From NCBI GenBank assembly GCA_018061145.1, contig JAGOUR010000003.1, positions 32,170 through 96,169 of the forward strand: a stretch of DNA of 64,000 nt, given 5' to 3'. The notes below the pieces were generated by a model that ran no database searches, was not told the origin of the DNA, and saw nothing but the letters and a program-made list of their open reading frames with translations. This document shows positions 39,740 through 47,881 of this stretch, in pieces. Every line of letters begins with the position of its first letter. The stretch's first letter is position 1. Position numbers and translations under genes: made by a program. The DNA is from Minisyncoccota bacterium. GTDB taxonomy: Bacteria > Patescibacteriota > Minisyncoccia > Phycocordibacterales > UBA9973.

Positions 39740-40237
39740 ATGGAAAATATTAAATATCCTTATTTACCAGAAGGCAGAACTCTGTTGCATGTACCAGAGG
39801 GTAATAAATACATGGAAGCTGCTTGTCTTGTAGCTAAAAATGAATCATCTGACAAAAAGACTTCCACGGGGGTTGTCGTTGTGAATGATGAGGGGGTCAT
39901 CCTTGTTGGAGCAGCAAACAAATCAGCTTTAACAAATGATTTTCTGCTAAAAACTCATAAAGATTGGTGTATAAGAAAAAATCTAAAAATACCATCAGGA
40001 CAAAAGTATTGGTTATGTCCTGGTTGCGCTTCTAGTAAGTATCATGCAGAGAGTCATGCGATGCTGAAAGCTAAAAAAAGTAAAATAGATATTTCAAATT
40101 GTGATGTCTATCTATGGGGTCATTGGTGGTGTTGTAAAGATTGTTGGGATTCAATGATTGATTCAAAGATTCGCAATGTTTATTTGATGGAGGGTACTAC
40201 GAATGGTTTTAATAATTCAAATCCGATTAATAAATAA
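39740..40237 (+). CDS. dCMP deaminase (cytidine/deoxycytidylate deaminase zinc-binding family); start at the internal ATG
   Basis: HAESHAML (H-A-E zinc/catalytic motif) and LCPGCA (PCxxC) motif; 165 aa; terminator at 40243-40270. Confidence 0.8.
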   Translation: MENIKYPYLPEGRTLLHVPEGNKYMEAACLVAKNESSDKKTSTGVVVVNDEGVILVGAANKSALTNDFLLKTHKDWCIRKNLKIPSGQKYWLCPGCASSKYHAESHAMLKAKKSKIDISNCDVYLWGHWWCCKDCWDSMIDSKIRNVYLMEGTTNGFNNSNPINK

Positions 40238-40511
40238 ATTAAAAAGACATAGAAATATGTCTTTTTAATTTCTTAACATACTTTGTATTTAAGCGTACAT
40301 TCTAATGTATATATCTTTAACAATAAGAGGTTGGGTAAGTATCCCTATGTTTGTGTGCGTTACTATTTTTATGATAATAACGACACATTATTGTACAAGA
40401 AACAAATCATTGCACACTAAAAGCCAGATTTTCCAATGGAAATACTGGCTTTTTGTTTATCATTTTACTGTGATAGAATACCTATATTAATCCCTAATTT
40501 TTTTAATCTAT

Positions 40512-41693
40512 ATGGCAATGAAAGACAAACAGGTAGAAAAACTTATCAAAGCAGAAGACAAGCGTCAGAAGAGTGTGGTGAATCTGATCGCTTCTGAGAA
40601 CTATGTATCACGGGATGTGCTCGCCGCATTGGGTTCAACACTGACAAACAAATATGCCGAGGGTTACCCGGGCCGTCGCTACTATGGTGGCAATGAGATC
40701 ATAGATCAGGTAGAACAGCTCTGCATCGATCGTGCTCTAAAACTTTTCAAAATAAAAAACACAGAGTGGCATGTGAATGCTCAGCTACTATCCGGATCTC
40801 CTGCAAACTTTGCACTGTACTCCGCGCTCGTACCACTAGGGGAGAAGATTATGGGTATGAAGCTCACATCTGGTGGACATCTCACACACGGACATCCACT
40901 GTCTATGACGGGCAAGCTCTGGAAGCCTGTGCAATTCGAACTCGATGGAGAGAGTGAAGTTATAGATTACGATGCACTCATGGAGATAGCAAAGAAAGAG
41001 AAGCCGGCGATCATCGTCGCAGGATTCACTGCATATCCACGCACTGTAGATTTCAAAAAATTCCGTGCTATCGCTGATGCGTGCGGAGCGATACTTCACG
41101 TAGACATGTCTCACTTTGGTGGGCTCGTAGCTGGTGGGGCATACCCAAGTCCATTCCCATATGCGGACTCTGTGATGACTACTACTCACAAATCTCTCCG
41201 TGGTCCGAGACAGGCACTGCTATTTGTAAAAAAAGATGAAAGAGGTTTTGACAAGAAACTCGACAAGATGGTCATCCCTGGACTCTTTGGTGGTCCGCAC
41301 GAGAACAATATAGCAGCCGTGGCTATAGCACTGGCTGAAGCCTCAAAACCAGAATTCAAAAAGTATGCAAAGCAAGTAGTAAAGAACGCACAGACACTAG
41401 CAAAAGAATTGAAAAAACTCGGATGGCATATCATCTCTGGTGGTACAGACTCACATTTGATATTGGTGGATACATGGATGGGTGGTGCGGGCATTGCAGG
41501 GAGTGATGCGAGCAAGAAGCTAGAAAAGGCAGGCATCATAGTAAATATGAATACGATTCCAGGAGACAAGCGCTCTGTGATGGATCCATCTGGTATCCGC
41601 CTCGGTACATGCGCAGAGACTACTCGCGGAAGAAAGGAGAAGGATATGATAAAGATTGCAGTAAAGATGGATAAAATTCTAAGAGGGAAATAA
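40512..41693 (+). CDS. glyA: Serine hydroxymethyltransferase
   Basis: NLIASENYVSRDVLAALGS ... TNKYAEGYPGRRYYGG ... TTTHKSLRGPR (PLP Lys). Confidence 0.95.
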   Translation: MAMKDKQVEKLIKAEDKRQKSVVNLIASENYVSRDVLAALGSTLTNKYAEGYPGRRYYGGNEIIDQVEQLCIDRALKLFKIKNTEWHVNAQLLSGSPANFALYSALVPLGEKIMGMKLTSGGHLTHGHPLSMTGKLWKPVQFELDGESEVIDYDALMEIAKKEKPAIIVAGFTAYPRTVDFKKFRAIADACGAILHVDMSHFGGLVAGGAYPSPFPYADSVMTTTHKSLRGPRQALLFVKKDERGFDKKLDKMVIPGLFGGPHENNIAAVAIALAEASKPEFKKYAKQVVKNAQTLAKELKKLGWHIISGGTDSHLILVDTWMGGAGIAGSDASKKLEKAGIIVNMNTIPGDKRSVMDPSGIRLGTCAETTRGRKEKDMIKIAVKMDKILRGK

Positions 41694-41696
41694 TTT

Positions 41697-42110
41697 ATGA
41701 AAATATATTTCTCAGGGTCAATAAGCGGAGGGAGAGATTATCAGGCTTGGTACGATTTTATCGTAAAGCAGATTTCCAATTACGGAGAGGTTCTTTCTGA
41801 GTTTGTAGCAGACAAGAGTCTGACTAGTTATGGATCTGTGAATATGACTGACGAAGAGATATATAATAGAGATGTAAGGTTGATAGAGGAGTGCGATATC
41901 GTCATCGCTGATATCACCAATCCATCCCTTGGAGTCGGGTACGAGATCGCCTATGCGGAAAAATTAAATAAAAAGATTTATTGCTTGTATCTAAAAGTAG
42001 AAGGTAAAAAAGTTTCTGCTATGATTGTCGGAAATAAAGATTTTGAAATTCATCCGTATACATCAGAATCTGAAATAGTCGAAATCATAAAAAATATTTT
42101 TGAGAAATAG
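41697..42110 (+). CDS. DNPH1/Rcl-like 2'-deoxynucleoside 5'-phosphate N-glycosidase (nucleoside 2-deoxyribosyltransferase superfamily)
   Basis: YFSGSISGGRD ... DIVIADITNPSLGVGYEIAYA ... closely matches the recalled DNPH1 pattern YFCGSIRGGR ... VVVAEVTQPSLGVGYELGRA. Confidence 0.7.
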   Translation: MKIYFSGSISGGRDYQAWYDFIVKQISNYGEVLSEFVADKSLTSYGSVNMTDEEIYNRDVRLIEECDIVIADITNPSLGVGYEIAYAEKLNKKIYCLYLKVEGKKVSAMIVGNKDFEIHPYTSESEIVEIIKNIFEK

Positions 42111-42111
42111 T

Positions 42112-42600
42112 ATGGCACATATTCATGAAAAGATAGATTTTTGTGTAGAAGTATTTATTGTTCACAAAGACAAAGTCCTACTTCGTATGCATGATAAATA
42201 TAAATTCTGGTTATCAGTCGGTGGGCATATAGAACTCGACGAGGATCCAATACAGGCTGCATATCGTGAAGTAAAAGAGGAAGTAGGCTTGGATATTAAA
42301 ATAGCAGGATCTGCGGATGGAATAGACGAGGACAGCCCGGCAAATCGTGGATATAAATACCTTATACCACCTAGATACCTAGGCAGACACTCAGTATCTG
42401 GGACTCACGAGCACATTGCACTAGTATATTTTGCTACTTCAGATAGTGATGTAATTACGGATTCCATTCTTGATCATGAAAAGGGTGTCGAGACAAAATG
42501 GTTCACAATGGAAGAACTAGAGAATGCAAATCTTGTGCCCAATGTCTTATTTTATGCATCCGAAGCATTAAAAGAACTAGGAGATAAAAATGGAAAATAA
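42112..42600 (+). CDS. NUDIX hydrolase
   Basis: Nudix box GGHIELDEDPIQAAYREVKEEVGL. Confidence 0.7.
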   Translation: MAHIHEKIDFCVEVFIVHKDKVLLRMHDKYKFWLSVGGHIELDEDPIQAAYREVKEEVGLDIKIAGSADGIDEDSPANRGYKYLIPPRYLGRHSVSGTHEHIALVYFATSDSDVITDSILDHEKGVETKWFTMEELENANLVPNVLFYASEALKELGDKNGK

Positions 42601-43006
42601 TCATATCAAAGTAGGTGTAGGCGTGATGGTTTTTAAAGACGGAAAAGTTTTGATGGGTAAAAGAAAAGGTAAACATGGGGCAGGTGAGTATTCATGGCCT
42701 GGAGGACATTTAGAATATATGGAATCAATAATTGAATGTACCAAAAGAGAGGTTTTTGAAGAATGCGGAATAGAAATTAAAAATATTAAATTTCTTCGTT
42801 TGTTAAATATGAAAAAATATGACAAACATTATATAGATATCGCAATGACTGCAGATTGGGGCAGTGGGGAAGTTACACTAAAAGAACCAGAAAAATGCGA
42901 AGGTTGGGATTGGTATGACATAAATAATTTACCTGAACCTTTGTTTGCACCACTTCAGACTTATTTTGAAGCATTAAAAACGGGTAAGATTTTTTTTGAT
43001 AATTAA
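42590..43006 (+). CDS. NUDIX hydrolase
   Basis: Nudix box GGHLEYMESIIECTKREVFEECGI. Confidence 0.75.
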   Translation: MENNHIKVGVGVMVFKDGKVLMGKRKGKHGAGEYSWPGGHLEYMESIIECTKREVFEECGIEIKNIKFLRLLNMKKYDKHYIDIAMTADWGSGEVTLKEPEKCEGWDWYDINNLPEPLFAPLQTYFEALKTGKIFFDN

Positions 43007-43727
43007 TATGAAAAAACAAAAAGGCAAACTCATAGTAATAGATGGTACAGATGGTAGTGGCAAGGCTACACAGGTGGATTTATTGATGAAGAGATTAAAG
43101 GGGGATGGCTACACTGTAAAGACTGTAGATTTTCCAGAATACTATCAGAACTTTTTTGGTAAATTCATCGGGCACTGTCTTTCCGAGCAGTACTACAATT
43201 TTGTGAATGTTCACCCAAAGATCGCCTCGGTCCTGTACGCGGCAGATAGATTTGAGTCCAAGGGGCAGATGGAAGATTGGCTCGCAAAGGGGTATGTAGT
43301 GATTGCGAATAGATATGTCAGTGCAAATCAGATCCACCAGGGTGGAAAGATAAAGAATACAAAAAAGCGCCAAGCATTCATCGAGTGGCTCGATGAGATG
43401 GAGCATGAAGTATTCAAGATTCCAAGACCAGATGTGATATTTTACTTAAGTCTTCCTATAGCTATCAGCAAGGCATTAATGGCCGAGAGAAATAAAAAGG
43501 ATGCACGCGCTTATCTGGGTAAGAAGCAGGATGTACATGAAAAGGATAATAATTTTCTCGAGAATTCTCGGGCTAGTGCACTGTGGCTAGCCAAGACACA
43601 AAAGAATTATGTGCAGGTGGATTGCTCTGTGAAGAATACCCTGCGCACCCGAGAGGATATACACGAGGAAGTGTACGCCAAAGCAATCAAATCCCTCCCA
43701 AAGATCAAAAAGGCATCAAAGAATTAG
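42996..43727 (+). CDS. tmk: Thymidylate (dTMP) kinase-like nucleoside-monophosphate kinase
   Basis: P-loop IVIDGTDGSGKATQ, DRY-like motif NRYVSANQIHQG, lid region; 243 aa (longer than canonical Tmk). Confidence 0.7.
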   Translation: MIINMKKQKGKLIVIDGTDGSGKATQVDLLMKRLKGDGYTVKTVDFPEYYQNFFGKFIGHCLSEQYYNFVNVHPKIASVLYAADRFESKGQMEDWLAKGYVVIANRYVSANQIHQGGKIKNTKKRQAFIEWLDEMEHEVFKIPRPDVIFYLSLPIAISKALMAERNKKDARAYLGKKQDVHEKDNNFLENSRASALWLAKTQKNYVQVDCSVKNTLRTREDIHEEVYAKAIKSLPKIKKASKN

Positions 43728-43786
43728 ACTATTGACAATATGTGATATAGGGGTAGTATGAAGGTAAAATTAAATCCCAATATATT

Positions 43787-44125
43787 ATGAAACCCGAGAT
43801 AAAGCCGTACTTAGTACCGGTTGCCGCATTCTTTTTGTACAAGATGACACAACAGAAGCTATTTTCAGATGAATTTGATGGAATTCTATTTAGGAGAGAC
43901 TTTCTCTCAATAGATGAGTACAATGAATTTCCAAAGATTACTGATGGAGAGTTATTTGAAAAAAGACTCCTCGATGCTCGTGAAGAATTATCGGAAAAAG
44001 AATTTCATGATTTTATCGCTACTTTTCATTGCCTCCCTTATTACATATTAGAAGATGATGAAAAGGAAAAATTAAAGCAAATTATGGATGTTCTGTTTAC
44101 CACTAACCACTTCCGTAAACCGTAA
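43787..44125 (+). CDS. Hypothetical protein (112 aa)
   Basis: ORF plus terminator at 44128-44162. Confidence 0.3.
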   Translation: MKPEIKPYLVPVAAFFLYKMTQQKLFSDEFDGILFRRDFLSIDEYNEFPKITDGELFEKRLLDAREELSEKEFHDFIATFHCLPYYILEDDEKEKLKQIMDVLFTTNHFRKP

Positions 44126-44192
44126 AGGAAAAGTCCTCTCGATCAAAAGAGAGGACTTTTTGTTTGCCTTTTTATGTGTATAATTACTTTAT

Positions 44193-44687
44193 ATGAAGAT
44201 TCCAGTAGTAAATGAACAAGATGAGATAATAGGGTATAAAGATAGATTAGACAGGAGCCCTGAGGATATTATTCGTATAACTTCTATATGGATAACTGAT
44301 GAAAATGGAGATATTTTAATGCAACAAAGAAAATTTAATAAAAAAAATAATCCGGGTAAATGGAGTGCCGCAGTGGCAGGAACAGTAGAAGAAAGTGAGA
44401 CATATGAGAGTAATGCGTATAAAGAAATGGAGGAAGAAATCGGAGTGAGTGATGTACCTCTTACTATATCAAAAAAATTGTACGGAGAGACAGCTGGAGG
44501 TAAAAGATTTTTGCAAATATATACTGCAAAATTCTCAAAAGATAAAAAATTGACAGCTCAAGAGAATGAAGTGGAACAATTAAAATGGTTCACAAAAGAA
44601 GAACTATTGAGAGAGTTAAAAGAAAACCCAAATGATTTTGTCGGATCTATGCATAGCAAAGAAGTAAAAGAGTTATTTTTATCATGA
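44193..44687 (+). CDS. NUDIX hydrolase
   Basis: Nudix box GTVEESETYESNAYKEMEEEIGV. Confidence 0.6.
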   Translation: MKIPVVNEQDEIIGYKDRLDRSPEDIIRITSIWITDENGDILMQQRKFNKKNNPGKWSAAVAGTVEESETYESNAYKEMEEEIGVSDVPLTISKKLYGETAGGKRFLQIYTAKFSKDKKLTAQENEVEQLKWFTKEELLRELKENPNDFVGSMHSKEVKELFLS

Positions 44688-45112
44688 AAATCAAAATTAA
44701 GAGAATTGAAAAAGAATTACCGTTACCTTTGTATCAGACTACTGGTGCTGTAGCTTTTGATTTGTATTCACGTGTGGATATGGTTGTCTTACCAAAGACA
44801 TTGGTGAGATTGCCGACAAATGTTATCATTGAGACTCCAAAAGGGTACATGCTAGAAATCAAGGATCGTTCAAGTACCTTAAAGAAGAAGGGTCTATTGG
44901 TAAGTACTGGCTACATAGATAATGATTTTTGCGGAGAAGCCGATGAGATACTTTTACAGGTTTACAACATTACAGACAGTGAAGTCGTTGTTGAGAAAGG
45001 GGAGAGATTAGGCCAAGGTGTTTTTGTTAAAATAGAAGTTGCAGAATGGGAGGAAGTTGATATTATGGAAGGGGTAAATCGTGGTGGTTTTGGTACGACC
45101 GGTAATAAATAA
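44684..45112 (+). CDS. dut: dUTP diphosphatase
   Basis: dUTPase motif III GYIDNDFCGE and surrounding beta-strand pattern; 142 aa. Confidence 0.7.
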   Translation: MKIKIKRIEKELPLPLYQTTGAVAFDLYSRVDMVVLPKTLVRLPTNVIIETPKGYMLEIKDRSSTLKKKGLLVSTGYIDNDFCGEADEILLQVYNITDSEVVVEKGERLGQGVFVKIEVAEWEEVDIMEGVNRGGFGTTGNK

Positions 45113-45113
45113 T

Positions 45114-46832
45114 ATGAATATAAAAACAAAAATACAAAATACAATACTAGAAGCTCTAAGGAGCCTCGGCATCGAGGCGACGGTTATTACCCTGGAGCAT
45201 CCCGCAGATTTGAATAATGGCGACTATTCTACAAATGTAGCCATGGCCTATGCAAAGCAAATCGGAATGAATCCAAGAGAGTTGGCAGAAAAAATAGTTG
45301 CAGAAATCTCCGCTAGGCAAGACCTAGCGGAGATAGAAAAAATAGAAGTTGCAGGAGCTGGATTTATAAACTTTTACCTATCACGTGAATTCTTTGTTGG
45401 TAGCGTAAAAGATATTTTGAATAAAAAAGAAAATTGGGGAAAAAATGATTTGTCCAATGGCAAGAAAATAATGGTGGAGTATACAGATCCGAATCCATTC
45501 AAGCCATTTCATATTGGACACCTTATGACCAATGCTATTGGTGAATCTATCGCTCGCGTCGTAGAATTCTCTGGCGCAAAGACTGTCCGTGCAAACTATC
45601 AGGGTGATGTGGGTCTACACGTAGCAAAAGCGATATATGGACTGCAGAATTTTGGTATGCCAGACGAAAATCTTTCTGTATCAGAAAAGGCGCAGTATAT
45701 CGGCGTGCAGTATGCAAAGGGTAGTGATGAATATGAGAATAATCCTGATGCAAAGAGCGCTATAGATGCTATCAACAAAAAGATATACGAAAAGAGTGAT
45801 GAAGAGATAAATAAAATCTACGCATGGGGTAGAGAGGTCACATTGGCTGCCTTTGAAGAGATATACTCACTCCTAGGTACAAAATTTAATCACTATTTCT
45901 TTGAGTCTGTTATGGCTCCAATAGGTGAGAAGATCGTCCGAGCAAATACTCCAAATGTATTCGAGGAATCTGACGGGGCAATAGTATTCAAAGCAGATAA
46001 ATACAATCCAAAACTGCACACTCGAGTATTCATCACTAGTAGTGGTCTGCCACTATACGAGACAAAGGAGATCGGCCTGACAATGACAAAATTCGAAAAG
46101 GAAGAAAATCTCGATCTATCTATAGTGACTACAGCTATCGAGCAGGGTGAGTATATGAAGGTAGTCCAACAGGCTATATCACTCATGCATCCAGATCTTG
46201 AGAAAAAGATGAAGCATATCACTCACGGTATGATGCGCCTCGCCTCTGGCAAGATGTCTTCTCGCAAGGGTAATGTAGTCACAGGTGAATCACTACTTCA
46301 GGACTCTATGGATGTAGTTCGAGAAAAGGTAGCCGAGCGTGAGCTATCTGCCGAAGAGAAAGAGAATATAGCTCAGACTGTAGGAGTAGCTGCACTCAAG
46401 TATTCTATCCTCCGATCATCTCTTGGATCAGATATCATTTATGATTTTGAAAAATCTATTTCTTTTGATGGTGACTCTGGTCCATATCTGCAGTACACAG
46501 CAGTACGCGCAAATGGTATCCACAAGAAAGCCGAGGGCGAGGGTATTTGCGTAGCGTATACAGACATACCATCTGATATCACAGTACTGGAGAAAACTCT
46601 ATACAGATTCCCAGAGGTAGTAGCTCATGCATATGAACAACTAGAACCTCATCATATCGCTACATATCTGACCGAGCTCGCATCTGCATTCAACTCTTTC
46701 TATGGAAATACAATGATAGTGAACAAGAATGATCCATATGCACCGTATCGTGTGGCACTGGTATCCGCATTCCATACTACAATGCAAAACGGCCTTTACC
46801 TCCTAGGTATCAAAACTCCAGAGAAGATGTAA
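45114..46832 (+). CDS. argS: Arginine--tRNA ligase; start at the internal ATG 45114
   Basis: N-terminal Add-1 domain, PNPFKPFHIGH (HIGH) motif, C-terminal DALR anticodon-binding domain ending LGIKTPEKM. Confidence 0.9.
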   Translation: MNIKTKIQNTILEALRSLGIEATVITLEHPADLNNGDYSTNVAMAYAKQIGMNPRELAEKIVAEISARQDLAEIEKIEVAGAGFINFYLSREFFVGSVKDILNKKENWGKNDLSNGKKIMVEYTDPNPFKPFHIGHLMTNAIGESIARVVEFSGAKTVRANYQGDVGLHVAKAIYGLQNFGMPDENLSVSEKAQYIGVQYAKGSDEYENNPDAKSAIDAINKKIYEKSDEEINKIYAWGREVTLAAFEEIYSLLGTKFNHYFFESVMAPIGEKIVRANTPNVFEESDGAIVFKADKYNPKLHTRVFITSSGLPLYETKEIGLTMTKFEKEENLDLSIVTTAIEQGEYMKVVQQAISLMHPDLEKKMKHITHGMMRLASGKMSSRKGNVVTGESLLQDSMDVVREKVAERELSAEEKENIAQTVGVAALKYSILRSSLGSDIIYDFEKSISFDGDSGPYLQYTAVRANGIHKKAEGEGICVAYTDIPSDITVLEKTLYRFPEVVAHAYEQLEPHHIATYLTELASAFNSFYGNTMIVNKNDPYAPYRVALVSAFHTTMQNGLYLLGIKTPEKM

Positions 46833-46837
46833 AAAAT

Positions 46838-47341
46838 ATGAAATTTAAAATTATTACATTACCAAAAGAAAGATGGCAAGAATACAAAGAACTTCGCCTT
46901 CTTGCTGTTTCGTCTGAACCGGTAGCTTTTTGGCCTACAGAAACTGAAGAGAAAGAAAGAACAATAGAGGGGTGGACTATGTATCTTGATAAAAATTCAC
47001 CACAAACAATGTTTTTTGCTGAATGTAACAATGAACTTGTTGGGATGATTAGATTGGCAATAAATAAAGAAGAAAAAGTAAAGCATAATGCGTGGATTTA
47101 CTCCTTTTTTGTTAAGTCAGAAGCTCGTGGTAGTGGTATAGGAAAAAGTTTATTAACTCAGGCAATAAATTTTTTGAAAGAAAAAAATGTTGAAAATATT
47201 TGTTTGAATGTTGCTGTTACTCAGAAAGGTGCTATTAAACTATATAAAAGTTTTGGATTTAAAAAGATTGGAAAATACAAAAATCTAGTAAAGTATAATG
47301 GAAAATATTACGATGAAGATATTATGTGTCTAAGCCTTTAA
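46838..47341 (+). CDS. GNAT-family N-acetyltransferase
   Basis: Acetyl-CoA binding motif A RGSGIGKSLL. Confidence 0.8.
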   Translation: MKFKIITLPKERWQEYKELRLLAVSSEPVAFWPTETEEKERTIEGWTMYLDKNSPQTMFFAECNNELVGMIRLAINKEEKVKHNAWIYSFFVKSEARGSGIGKSLLTQAINFLKEKNVENICLNVAVTQKGAIKLYKSFGFKKIGKYKNLVKYNGKYYDEDIMCLSL

Positions 47342-47368
47342 TTTTATATGGAATTTAACTATGTTTCT

Positions 47369-47685
47369 TTTTAGTGTATTATGATTATTCTATATATAGA
47401 TTTGGAAATAAATTTGCATAGGTCCGACCTATACAAAAGTATAACCCAGATCAAAACTCCAGAAAAAATGTAATAAAAAATTCCCCGGGGTGAAAGGCCG
47501 ATCGGGGAATTTAGTGGTTCGTTGCGCTATAAAAGGTCCTGATAGATAATCAGGAAATGTATGGACGGAGCTTTTTGTAGTGTCCCTACATTGTTTTATA
47601 TCCTGGAGAAGGTACAAAGAATTAGGTCTTATATTACTCATATTTTGGAAAAAAGCAAGCTTCTCAATAAATCTTGCTTTTTTAG
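47369..47685 (+). ncRNA. Unassigned structured intergenic RNA candidate, about 300 nt. It begins with a 33-nt promoter-like repeat also found at the start of the T-box leader, contains three strong hairpins, and ends in an intrinsic terminator (AGCAAG...CTTGCTTTTTT)
   Basis: Repeat TTTAGTGT(A/T)TTATG(A/G)TTATTCT(A/G)TATATA at 47369 and 47680. Hairpins AATTCCCCG...CGGGGAATT at 47488-47520 and CCTGAT...ATCAGG at 47536-47558. Terminator at 47653-47685. Confidence 0.3.
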
Positions 47686-47711
47686 TGTTTTATGGTTATT
47701 CTGTATATACA

Positions 47712-47866
47712 GATGTTGAAGGGGCTATCACCCTGGAGTCTTGGGAAGAAATCCTCTGAAAAAGGACGTAGAACCCAGTAAATGAGAAGTAAGCAAGGTG
47801 GTACCGCGGTAAAAAATCGCCCTTGGAATGCAATCGTAGGATTGTTATTCAAGGGCGATTTTTCAT
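47712..47866 (+). promoter_or_regulatory. T-box riboswitch leader for ileS (short Stem-I type, ATC specifier candidate), with T-box sequence AAGGTGGTACCGCGG and an overlapping terminator / antiterminator
   Basis: T-box consensus at 47790-47808; terminator stem ATCGCCCTTG...CAAGGGCGAT plus T-run at 47812-47866; candidate specifier hairpin GGGG-CTATCA-CCC at 47721-47733 presenting the Ile codon AUC. Confidence 0.75.
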
Positions 47867-47881
47867 TTATTAGTTAAAAAT

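Noticed and set aside
40305-40490. 61-aa ORF in the glyA upstream region; also considered a ZTP (pfl) riboswitch because of the glyA/folate context
   Set aside because: The ORF is hydrophobic AT-rich noise. No GC-rich pfl pseudoknot consensus is visible; the region instead shows a terminator-like hairpin (40421-40455) and a TGaTAGAAT extended -10, so it is treated as a plain promoter region.
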